IMG/VR virus record: IMGVR_UViG_3300045988_022530
Location: 1 to 39,370 of that record
Direction: 5' to 3' (one strand)
DNA: 39,370 nt
DNA from: a virus
Below are positions 31,801-39,370 of this stretch, piece after piece (the first letter of the stretch is position 1; each line of letters begins with the position of its first letter). Position numbers and translations under genes: made by a program. Below the pieces are notes generated by a model. It made no database searches, was not told the origin of the DNA, and saw only the letters and a program-made list of their open reading frames with translations.

Positions 31801-34800
31801 ATCCTGAAGACGATGTCGCACGAGCTGACGCACTTCATCCAGCGCAACAGCGGCCAGTATGAAGCACTGAAGGAGTTCGTGGCGAACCATGTGCTCGAGA
31901 GCGGCGACAGCATCGAGCGCCTTGCCCAGCAGAAGATCGACAACGACTCGACCGGCGAGCTGACGATGGACGGCGCGATGGACGAGGTCGTGGCCGATGC
32001 GTGCGAGATGATGCTGCGCAACACCGAGGCCGTGCAGCGGCTGGCGAATGAGAACCGCAGCCTTGCCGAGAAGATCCGCGACTGGATCGGGGATTTTGTC
32101 AAGAAGCTGCGTGCTGCGTTCAAGGGAGACCGCGCGACGCACGACGAGGCGAGAGCCATGCTCGACCGCATGGTGGAGCTGCAGAAGATCTGGGACGATG
32201 CGCTGGTGGACGCGGCGAAGGTGAATGCGGGGCGCGCCGGGGAGATTGCAAGCAACGGCGTGCAGGAATCGTCTCGCGGGAAGTACTGGCGGCCTGACCT
32301 GAATCAGCAGGAATGGTCGCTTTTGAACCGGCGAATGGGAAAAGAACTCGACAGCGGCAAACAATATCTTGACGAATCCACAAAGTGGCTGTACGCTGAA
32401 GAAAAGGGTGTGAAGGTGTTCGCCTTGTACGGGGTGGGAGATGGTACTGAGGCGACCACACTGTATGCGGTCGGCGGAAAACAAGCCGCGCTGCAGAATG
32501 CGAATATTGCAGAATATGTTGAGAGGAGCAGAGAATATGACAGAGATGGACGATCTGTTGATTCGTGGGTTGAGTTGCTTCGGCGTAAGAAAGGGAGCAG
32601 GGGCCGAAATCTATCTCAGGGTCAAGGGCCAACCGGAGCTTCAGGAACGGCTCATGGACTATATGGCGGATCACCGCGAGGCAACGGCGGAAGAACTTCT
32701 GGACGTGGCTCGCAGAATCAGCGCAAAGTAAAAGAGCAGTTCTCCCTCCGCGAACCGGTGGAGCAGGTGCGTGATCTTGTCGCCGTGCATGGCCTGACAG
32801 AGCAGAACCTGCGTGGCGCACTCGCGCTCGGCGGATTGCCGATGCCAAGTATCGCGGTCGTAAAAGCTGTGCAAGGGCACAGCAAGTACGGCCCGATTTC
32901 CATGGTGTTCGGCAGGGAGAGTATTGACCCGCAGGTTGACCCCAGGAACAAAATCTACGGCGGGGATGCCTACACGCCGACGGCACCGGCGGTGGAATAT
33001 CCGGTGAACTACGACCGGATGCGGACCGTCGAAAAACGGCTCGCCAGACTGAGCGGGAAGATTGCGGGCGGCGTATTCCGAAACGGCAGCGCCATGCAGC
33101 GTGCAGGCGTCGGTGAAGAGAGCGGTATGAGCGCGTCGGAGCTGGCGGACAAGCTCTCGCGGGACGACAGCGTGCGCGCGGCCTATCTGGCCGATCGTGG
33201 GGAAACGCTCGAGCCGGTCATGCAGGCAAAGGAATTCAACCGATACGGCAATGACGCGCTGGCAAAACTGGTGCAGAAAATCGGCGTGCAGGAGCTCGCC
33301 CACGTTGAAGCGGACATGGAAACCGGGGACTATCAGTCTGCGCGAGAGATCGAAGACACGGTGCGCCAGATTATCCGCGACAGCTACGAGGAACAGCATC
33401 GCAGATTTCTGGACCGAAAGCCGGAACTGAAGGAAAAGCGGCTTGACCACTTCATGGATAACAATGTCCATACTTCCACGGTTGAGAATTTCATCCGAGA
33501 TGCGTGGGCGTTTTACGAAGATCAGGGTGCTACAGCGGACGAAGTAGACCGATTGGCTACCAGCGACAAATTGCACGAGGCGACGGATACTGAGGACGTG
33601 AAGGCATGGCTGCTGCCACAGCTGAAATCTGTTTTTGGCGAGCCCGGCATTTACAACGGGAAGGAGCGCTATACCGCCTCTGGAGACAGACGCAGCTTTT
33701 CGCAGCTGCATTGGGAATACACGCTCGAGAACATTGTGAGTGCGATGGCGGAAACCCAGAAGGAGCGCGGCGGCCAGACGTGGGGGACGTCGGCAGGAGC
33801 TATGCAGGCTGTCAGCGCCGAGGACTTTTCCAGCATTGATGAAGTGAAGGCCGCGAGCGGCAGGCTCGGCAAAGCGGAAGGCGAGCAGTATGAAGCGGCG
33901 AAGAATGCTGTTGAAAACCTGATCGATCAAGCGACACGCGCCGTTATGCGAGAGACGCGGCCGCACGCCGACAATTCGTTCGATGAAAGAGAAATTATCG
34001 GCGATGTTATGATGGAAGCGGCGAAGGGCAAGCGGACGGCGCGGGCCATTCAGCAGGCTTTTGCGAAAGAGGGATATTCGGTCAGTGAAGAAACTGCTCG
34101 CCGGATTCAAGAAGTGTATAAGGCGGCGGCTGCACTTCCGACGGAATATTTTGAGGCGAAGCCGCAGAGAGCGGTCGGCTTTGACGAGGTGAAAGTGGCC
34201 ATTGTGCCGGACAACATCAACTCCGAGCTGAAAGAGCAGCTTGAAAATATGGGAGTGCCGGTGCAAGTGTACCGCGCTGGTGACGAGGAGCAGCGTCTGC
34301 AGATACTGAACTCGGATAAATCGTGGCAGTTTTCCGAGCGTGACGACACGCGGACAGACCGCGACGTGCTTTCCGACGCCGCGGACGGCGACGCGGCAAA
34401 CGTGCGCGAGATGGAGATGCTGCGCGAGTACCGGGAGAAGCTGCAGAAATACAGCTCGCTCACACGGAGGCTGGAGCAGCAGCGCGAGCTTGCGCAGAAC
34501 GCGGAAAGCAAGGAGGAGCGCCTGAAGGCGAGAAACCGCGCGGACAACCTGGCTGCGCAGGTGAGCCGAGCGGACGCGCAGCTCACGCGGATGCAGAACG
34601 CGAAACCGCTGCGCGAGCTGGTGGCGCGCGAGCTGAAGACGCGCGACAGCCTGGCTAAGGAAAACGCCATGCTGCGCGACCGCGTGGAGTATTTGCGTGG
34701 GCAGATGCAGCGCACGAAAGAGGCAACCACAGACCCGAAAGCCGTGCGGGAAGCCGCAAAGGATATCATTGAGCGGACCGGCAGCAGCATCGGCGTGGAC

Positions 34801-37800
34801 GAGGTGATGAGCCAGCTGCAGGAGCTGTACGACGGCATTGCCCGCGCGACCGGAGACAACGGGCTTACCTACGCGGAGATTCAGCAGCGCGCGGACGATC
34901 TCGCACACGACATTTTGAACGACGTGACTGCCGTTGACGACACGATGTACCGCGAGTATGAAGACCTGCGGAGGTATTTCAAGGGTCAGCAGCTCGTCGT
35001 GTCCGCGGCTGACCGCGGGGAAATTCCGGACTTCGGAGATTTCCGACGGAGAAACATGGGCCGAATGCGGCTGAAAAACGGCGAGCGGACGAACGTTGAC
35101 CAGGTTTACGCAGAGCTGAGTGAGCTGTACCCAGAATTCTTTGACCAGAACCGCGAGAGCCAGCCGAGCGACCAGCTATACCGCATTGCCGATGTGCTGG
35201 ACGCGGTGTACTCCGTGAACGAGTACAACCCAAACGCGCAGTATATGCGCGAAGCGACGCAGAGTGTGAGCAACGAGATCCTTGAGCAGTTTTTCGACCT
35301 GCCGCAGCAGAGAACGTTTGCCGACCGGCAGGCGAAGAAGGACGAACAGCAGAAGACGCACTACCTCAACCAGATCAACGAGCTGCGCAAGGCCAATGAC
35401 ACGCGCATCGCGGAGCTGCGGGCGCAGAACCGCAAACGGCTGCAGGAAGCCATAGCAAGAGAGCGCGAGAAACGCGACGAGCAGATTGCGCGGCTGAAAG
35501 AGCACTATGACGAGCGGGACGCAGCCGATAAGGCACGTAGGGAGGAAAGCGCGGCAGTGGCGAAATACCGCCCGCGCATCGAGCAGAAGGCGAAGCGCCT
35601 GAGCGATTGGCTGCTGAAAAACAGCGACAAGGAACACATCCCGGAGCCGTTGAAGCTGGCGGTAGGCGAGTTCCTGGAATCCATCGACTTTACGAGTAAG
35701 AGGGCGCTGGACGGCGGCGCGCTGACGAAAAAGGACATTCGGCGTTCGCTCCGGTATACTGACCGGATGCAGAAGCTGCTGGACAGACTGCGCGGGCAGA
35801 ACGATGACGGGACGAACGACCTCGGACTGTATCTGGACATCCCGGATGGATTCCTCGAGGAGATGCAGAAGCACATCAACACTGCGTCCGACATCGTCAG
35901 CCAGAACCCAGGCGAGAACGTTGTAAACCGGATGAGCGGAGAGCAACTGCAGCAGCTCGACCAGATGCTCACGATCCTGACGCGCAGCATCCAAAACGCG
36001 AACAAGCTCAAGGCCAACGCACACTTTGAGACCGCACGGCAGGCGGCACAGGCGACGGTGCTGGAGCTCGACCGGCTGGGTCAGGCCAAAGGCAGAACGA
36101 AGGCTGGGGAAAAGGCGGCCGGTTTCTTCAACTGGGAGAACACGACGCCGTACTATGCTTTCCAGCGCTTCGGCGAGGGCGGCAAGGCGATCTTCGAGGC
36201 GCTTTCCGACGGCTGGGACAAGATGGCCTTCAACACGAAGGCGGTCATGGACTTCACGGAGCAGACCTACACGCCGAAGGAAGTGAAGGCGTGGGCAAAG
36301 GAAACGCACACGTTTAAGCTCGAGAGCGGCGAGAGCGTGAGGATGACGACCGCACAGATGATGGCGTTCTACTGCCTGTCGAAGCGCGAGCAGGCCGCCG
36401 GCCATCTGCTCGGCGGCGGTATGCGCGTGGAGGACATCCAGAACAGCGGGCGCAAGGAAAACGTCAAGCAGCCGGATCCGTTCCTGCTGACGCAGGAGGA
36501 CATCTCCGCGATCAATGGCGCGCTTACCAAGCGCCAGCGCGAGGTGGCGGACAAACTGCAGAAGTACATGAACGATCAGGGCGGCGCGTGGGGCAACCGT
36601 GTGTCGATGGAGCGCTTCGGATACCGCGCGTTCACGGAGGAGAACTACTTCCCCATCGAGACGATGGACTCCAACCGCGACGCGAAAGACCCTGGCGCGA
36701 AAGAGAACGACATGTTCCGCCTGCTGAATATGTCCGCGACGAAGAGCCTCGTCTACAAGGCAAACAACGCGCTCGTTGTACGCGACATCTTCGACGTGTT
36801 CAGCAACCACATGGCTGACATGGCGAAGTATGACGCGCTGGCGCTGCCGATCCTCGACGCGATGAAGTGGTACAACTACCGCGAGAAGCAGAAGCTCGAG
36901 AACGGCCACGTGCTCACGACGACGGTACAGCGGTCGATTGAAAAGGCATACGGAATGGATGCCAACAAGTATTTCACGACGTTCATCAAAGACCTGAACG
37001 GCGTGAACGAAGGCGGCCGCGGGGAGGGCTTCGCAAAGAAGATGCTCTCCAACTACAAGGTGGCGGCCGTGGCTGCGAACCTGCGCGTGGCGCTGCTGCA
37101 GCCGACGGCGTATGTGCGTGCGGTCGGTGTGATGAGCCCGAAGTATCTCGCAAAGGCGTTTACGGAGGGAAAGAGCGCCTACAAAGAGGCAGAGGCTAAC
37201 AGCGGCATCGCGCTGTGGAAGCAGATGGGCTTCTACGACACGAACATCGGTAGGGGTGTCCGCGACCAGATCAAGAACGCCGGGACGTGGAAGGACTCGA
37301 CGGTCGAATTCCTTATGAAAGGCGCAGAATGGGCAGACCGGCTGACGTGGGGGCGCTTGTGGAACGCCTGCAAAGCGGAGGTGCGTGACAAGCAGAAACT
37401 GACCGGCGACGCGCTGCTGAAGGCGACGGCCGAACGCTTCCGCGAGGTCATCTACTCGACGCAGGTGGTGGACAGCACGATGACACGCAGCCAGGCAATG
37501 CGCGCGACCGGTGTGTACGGTGCTGTATCTACGGCCTTTATGTCGGAACCGACGCTGTCGTACAACCTCTTGCTCAAGGCGTACACGGACTACACGGCTG
37601 AGCTGCGCGCGACCGGCGACAAAAAAGAAGCGTGGAGAAACGCAAGCGGGAAAATTGCAAGAGCGCTGGCGACCTATCTTGTGTCGGCGGCTGCTTCGGG
37701 GCTTGCCGAATCAATCGTGGACGCCTGCAGAGACGACGACGAGTACGCCACGTGGCTGGAGAAGTACCTGAGCGCGCTGATCGGCGCGAAATACAAAGAC

Positions 37801-39030
37801 GGGAAGTTTTCCGGCGTGAACCCGCTTGAAAGCAACCTGTTCATGGACGTGGATATCCTCTCGAAGCTCCCGATCCTCAAGGATTTCATGTCGATGATCT
37901 CCGGGTACGAAAACGACCGGATGGACACGGAATGGATCAGCAACCTGATCGATGCGTATCGGATCTGGGACGAGACGATCAAGCTGGAGACCGGCGAACT
38001 GGACGAGCCGACGGACGTGACGTACAACGGCAACATGACGCTGTACGGAAAGATCTACAAGACACTCAAGGCCGTCTCACAGGCGACCGGTCTGCCGATC
38101 AGCGCGGCGAGCCGCGAGGCAGTAACGCTCTGGAACACCATCGCCGGAGCTGTCGGCAAGGGCGACGAGTGGACGATCCACACCTATGACTCCGGGCCGG
38201 AGAGCCAGATCAAGTACGGTCTGATGGACGGCTATCTCACGCGCGAAGAGGCGCAGCAGCTGCTGGTCGACAAAGGACTCGCGGACGACGAGAATGAAGC
38301 GTACTGGAAGGTTGACAAGTGGGCGACCGGCGAAGGAAAGTACGACGAGGCGCTCGCTGCGGTGCTCAGCGGAGACAAGGCCGCCTTCGATGCGCAGGCC
38401 AAGGAGCTGAAAGAGCACGGCATCGGCGAGAAACAGCTGCAGTCTGCGGTACGCTCGCAGGCGAAGGAGTGGTACGTCGGCGACGACGACGGAAAGCGCT
38501 CGATCACGAAGGAGCAGGCGCTGAAGATCCTGCAGCAGTACGGAGGGAAAGACGCCGACGAGGCGCAGAAACTGGTGCAGAAGTGGACGTGCGAGGTCGT
38601 GACCGGCACGGACTACGACGACATCAAGGATCTGTATCTCGATGGGAAGCTCACGCGGTCTCGCGCGGTAGATATGCTGACGCGCTACGGCGGGATGAAG
38701 CAGGAGGACGCGCAGAACAAGATCGACACGGCGGACTTTGTGAAGGCACATCCGGAATGCGACGGCATCAGCGTTGAGGCCGTGCAGAAGTACAACGAGC
38801 AGGCGAAACCGGCCGGTATGGACGCGGGGACGTTCTGGGAAGCGTACCAGTTCAAGAACGACGCAAGGACGACGCGCGACAGCAACGGCAAGGCCATCAG
38901 CGGCCAGGGAGCAATGGACAAGGTCACTGCATATATTGACGGGCTGGACCTTAGCAGAGAGCAGAAAAACGCGCTGTTCCTGTGCTTCTACAGCCAGACC
39001 TCGCTCAATAAGATCCGCTGGAGCAATTAA
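28894..39030 (+). CDS. Giant multi-domain virion protein (3378 aa), polyvalent-protein-like, with a zincin HExxH module
   Basis: Uninterrupted 10,137-nt ORF with SD GAGGGG. Gly-rich hydrophobic segments, HELTH at 31819-31833, long coiled coils and C-terminal tandem repeats. It is the last gene of the virion operon. Confidence 0.85.
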   Translation: MTVKKAAISIGDWLKSTGFSAEKTLASAQEQRKNLLQQMDNANASYLTGENRGALQNAFSNYQATMNVLRGAGYDTGNDVDVLRRAVHSSFDFQNQFKDQDDFNVSYAYPKKYKGKTRTDVNAALAQLKNTPGAEAEYDWLNKNQMNYWSADELKAQIGAWQNEISGIERQRRNMPRMAAGSTDADYAKRQQEALALSGQIDERKAKIGKAQSLLTRKTYDDEISKWDTQMQRALSDYSKALSVSESANTEMAMAGNSAFVVQNSDYAKNARNTVRSFEQQLRDYGYSDQQINGIRSYALTQQHANEAAEMAQQVAQEAKEHPWLASAMSVGTNMMAGAGALDIAAQNALNGTDPFTGEKMAVDRYTKSMVPSTVTNTIRGSVSEDMSGIGSFLYNTGMSMADSLATLAIGGATGLHGAADVILGGAAASQAITDAYDRGASDSQAMSVGLLYGTAEALFEHISLDKLRMFHTSAAAGKKTAKTLVKDMLKQSFVEGSEEVCTDIANVISDAIVMADKSEINQTIAAYQADGMSEDEATRRAWLDWLGQTAQDFAGGMISGGMMTGGDMALNAGMRNANYRETGRQITANDYADILRRAAEESGDENIRKLAGKKQTNRNTGKLYEATQEANLTQAVSDRLGALGTPENDVQELTGLVVKQIKGQELTGKEQRKFDASKQAQRAASEYASLFTRDADRTTNAWARSHMRDAAELERNAIYGGARKTDAGQAQTHQAEKNAEVQVNGETAQVQALRYDQESGSVELSVKAKNGDVQRVSVKDAKLPEGTRLLAESAEKYGETAPQMYANYQNGQDVERYASAYEVAYSYGRAGVKNYAVLENSGAASYLTQEQRKFAYETGLAAARRESDAKSAAAKSSEIQAGSVTLEGGKLGNVTLAAVNTAGLTRKQTASIDVARKVAEATGVNVVFFESRSDESGRYIGMNGAYRDGTIYLDVNAGKNNVDTGETAILKTMSHELTHFIQRNSGQYEALKEFVANHVLESGDSIERLAQQKIDNDSTGELTMDGAMDEVVADACEMMLRNTEAVQRLANENRSLAEKIRDWIGDFVKKLRAAFKGDRATHDEARAMLDRMVELQKIWDDALVDAAKVNAGRAGEIASNGVQESSRGKYWRPDLNQQEWSLLNRRMGKELDSGKQYLDESTKWLYAEEKGVKVFALYGVGDGTEATTLYAVGGKQAALQNANIAEYVERSREYDRDGRSVDSWVELLRRKKGSRGRNLSQGQGPTGASGTAHGLYGGSPRGNGGRTSGRGSQNQRKVKEQFSLREPVEQVRDLVAVHGLTEQNLRGALALGGLPMPSIAVVKAVQGHSKYGPISMVFGRESIDPQVDPRNKIYGGDAYTPTAPAVEYPVNYDRMRTVEKRLARLSGKIAGGVFRNGSAMQRAGVGEESGMSASELADKLSRDDSVRAAYLADRGETLEPVMQAKEFNRYGNDALAKLVQKIGVQELAHVEADMETGDYQSAREIEDTVRQIIRDSYEEQHRRFLDRKPELKEKRLDHFMDNNVHTSTVENFIRDAWAFYEDQGATADEVDRLATSDKLHEATDTEDVKAWLLPQLKSVFGEPGIYNGKERYTASGDRRSFSQLHWEYTLENIVSAMAETQKERGGQTWGTSAGAMQAVSAEDFSSIDEVKAASGRLGKAEGEQYEAAKNAVENLIDQATRAVMRETRPHADNSFDEREIIGDVMMEAAKGKRTARAIQQAFAKEGYSVSEETARRIQEVYKAAAALPTEYFEAKPQRAVGFDEVKVAIVPDNINSELKEQLENMGVPVQVYRAGDEEQRLQILNSDKSWQFSERDDTRTDRDVLSDAADGDAANVREMEMLREYREKLQKYSSLTRRLEQQRELAQNAESKEERLKARNRADNLAAQVSRADAQLTRMQNAKPLRELVARELKTRDSLAKENAMLRDRVEYLRGQMQRTKEATTDPKAVREAAKDIIERTGSSIGVDEVMSQLQELYDGIARATGDNGLTYAEIQQRADDLAHDILNDVTAVDDTMYREYEDLRRYFKGQQLVVSAADRGEIPDFGDFRRRNMGRMRLKNGERTNVDQVYAELSELYPEFFDQNRESQPSDQLYRIADVLDAVYSVNEYNPNAQYMREATQSVSNEILEQFFDLPQQRTFADRQAKKDEQQKTHYLNQINELRKANDTRIAELRAQNRKRLQEAIAREREKRDEQIARLKEHYDERDAADKARREESAAVAKYRPRIEQKAKRLSDWLLKNSDKEHIPEPLKLAVGEFLESIDFTSKRALDGGALTKKDIRRSLRYTDRMQKLLDRLRGQNDDGTNDLGLYLDIPDGFLEEMQKHINTASDIVSQNPGENVVNRMSGEQLQQLDQMLTILTRSIQNANKLKANAHFETARQAAQATVLELDRLGQAKGRTKAGEKAAGFFNWENTTPYYAFQRFGEGGKAIFEALSDGWDKMAFNTKAVMDFTEQTYTPKEVKAWAKETHTFKLESGESVRMTTAQMMAFYCLSKREQAAGHLLGGGMRVEDIQNSGRKENVKQPDPFLLTQEDISAINGALTKRQREVADKLQKYMNDQGGAWGNRVSMERFGYRAFTEENYFPIETMDSNRDAKDPGAKENDMFRLLNMSATKSLVYKANNALVVRDIFDVFSNHMADMAKYDALALPILDAMKWYNYREKQKLENGHVLTTTVQRSIEKAYGMDANKYFTTFIKDLNGVNEGGRGEGFAKKMLSNYKVAAVAANLRVALLQPTAYVRAVGVMSPKYLAKAFTEGKSAYKEAEANSGIALWKQMGFYDTNIGRGVRDQIKNAGTWKDSTVEFLMKGAEWADRLTWGRLWNACKAEVRDKQKLTGDALLKATAERFREVIYSTQVVDSTMTRSQAMRATGVYGAVSTAFMSEPTLSYNLLLKAYTDYTAELRATGDKKEAWRNASGKIARALATYLVSAAASGLAESIVDACRDDDEYATWLEKYLSALIGAKYKDGKFSGVNPLESNLFMDVDILSKLPILKDFMSMISGYENDRMDTEWISNLIDAYRIWDETIKLETGELDEPTDVTYNGNMTLYGKIYKTLKAVSQATGLPISAASREAVTLWNTIAGAVGKGDEWTIHTYDSGPESQIKYGLMDGYLTREEAQQLLVDKGLADDENEAYWKVDKWATGEGKYDEALAAVLSGDKAAFDAQAKELKEHGIGEKQLQSAVRSQAKEWYVGDDDGKRSITKEQALKILQQYGGKDADEAQKLVQKWTCEVVTGTDYDDIKDLYLDGKLTRSRAVDMLTRYGGMKQEDAQNKIDTADFVKAHPECDGISVEAVQKYNEQAKPAGMDAGTFWEAYQFKNDARTTRDSNGKAISGQGAMDKVTAYIDGLDLSREQKNALFLCFYSQTSLNKIRWSN
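32537..32731 (+). CDS. Nested 64-aa ORF in an alternative frame inside the giant gene
   Basis: SD GAGAGGAG lies 8 nt before the ATG. Product MTEMDDLLIRGLSCFGVRKGAGAEIYLRVKGQPELQERLMDYMADHREATAEELLDVARRISAK. Hand-counted GC3 is about 64% in this frame against about 39% in the giant-gene frame. The giant frame is G/R/S low complexity here. Confidence 0.5.
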   Translation: MTEMDDLLIRGLSCFGVRKGAGAEIYLRVKGQPELQERLMDYMADHREATAEELLDVARRISAK

Positions 39031-39035
39031 ATTCG

Positions 39036-39066
39036 GGGGAGGGATAGAAATATTCCTCCCTTATTT
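39036..39066 (+). terminator. Terminator after the giant gene
   Basis: GGGAGG - 12 nt - CCTCCC followed by TTATTT. The stem is short. Confidence 0.5.
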
Positions 39067-39106
39067 ATATTGTATATTGTAGAAGCAGTGGAAGGGAGGC
39101 CATCAT

Positions 39107-39178
39107 ATGACAATCACAATCGCAGACTGGCGTGGGGCGCTGTGGCAGTGGGACACTGGCGGCTGTGGAGGTAACTGA
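39107..39178 (+). CDS. Micro-ORF (23 aa, Trp-rich) upstream of the endolysin
   Basis: SD GAAGGGAGG lies 7 nt before the ATG. Encodes MTITIADWRGALWQWDTGGCGGN. The stop is 16 nt before the endolysin ATG. Confidence 0.35.
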   Translation: MTITIADWRGALWQWDTGGCGGN

Positions 39179-39194
39179 ATAAGGAGGGCACAAG

Positions 39195-39370
39195 ATGATA
39201 GAATTTGTTTCTTGCAATCTGTCAAATTTCCGCGCCGGGCGCACGCAGCCGGTGCGGTACATTGTGATGCACTACACGGCAAACAACGGCGACACCGCGC
39301 GCAACAACTGCGACTACTACCACCGCGTGGGCGGCCTGCAGGCCAGCGCGCACTATTTCGTTGACGAGCA
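39195..39370 (+). CDS. 5' part of the endolysin gene (continues at position 120 of the window via the circular junction)
   Basis: SD AAGGAGGG lies 6 nt before the ATG at 39195. The ATG is in frame with 39252, which equals position 1. Confidence 0.85.
   Translation, partial: MIEFVSCNLSNFRAGRTQPVRYIVMHYTANNGDTARNNCDYYHRVGGLQASAHYFVDE
39252..39370. repeat. Terminal overlap, copy 2 (identical to 1-119)
   Basis: Same 119-nt string as the window start. Confidence 0.95.

Larger units (their letters stand above)
1..39370. mobile_element. Complete temperate phage genome (circularly closed contig, unique length 39,251 bp) with a podovirus-like virion module
   Basis: All phage modules are present: lysis, integration, switch, recombination/replication, packaging, head and fibres. 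The 119-bp terminal overlap closes the circle. An attP-like site lies beside the integrase. Confidence 0.85.

Noticed and set aside
28894-39030. The giant ORF as an N4-like virion RNA polymerase or a crAss-like giant RNAP
   Set aside because: I could not find polymerase-type acidic catalytic motifs (DxDxD or DFDID-like) or any T7-like palm motifs. The only catalytic-looking motif is HExxH.
1-39370. CRISPR arrays, diversity-generating retroelement, toxin-antitoxin pairs, complete tRNA or rRNA genes
   Set aside because: I saw no regularly spaced repeat-spacer structure, no reverse transcriptase motif (YxDD) and no template/variable repeat pair near the fibre genes. There were no structural RNA genes beyond the tRNA fragment.

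Overview
The window is a complete, circularly closed temperate phage genome. Bases 1-119 are identical to 39252-39370, so the unique length is 39,251 bp, and the cut falls inside the endolysin gene. Nearly all genes are on the + strand. SD-like GGAGG sites, a holin plus amidase lysis cassette and a Prp protease point to a Gram-positive (Bacillota) host. GC looks high by eye (about 60%, not computed).

Gene order:
- Lysis cassette: amidase endolysin, a membrane-anchored protein and a holin.
- attP with a 3' tRNA fragment and arm repeats, next to a tyrosine integrase.
- Lower-GC lysogeny region: a 4-TM membrane protein, a small XRE regulator, a CI-like repressor, back-to-back switch promoters, and Cro-like and Xis-like genes.
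- Early genes: a circularly permuted C5 cytosine methyltransferase, YqaJ exonuclease, RecT, SSB, and a replisome organizer with an internal iteron array.
- A Dam-like N6-adenine methyltransferase and a run of small, often Cys-rich ORFs, including ASCH and RusA.
- Packaging and head genes: TerS, TerL, portal, Prp-like protease, scaffold and major capsid.
- A tail/fibre block with no recognisable tail tube, sheath or tape measure, so it looks podovirus-like.
- One 10,137-nt ORF (3378 aa, about 26% of the genome).

The most unusual observations:
1. The giant multi-module virion ORF.
2. A 64-aa ORF with its own SD, nested in another frame inside the giant ORF exactly where the host frame turns into low-complexity sequence.
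3. The permuted methyltransferase.
4. The origin-like iteron array inside a coding region.

All functional calls come from motif recognition by eye; no database search was run.
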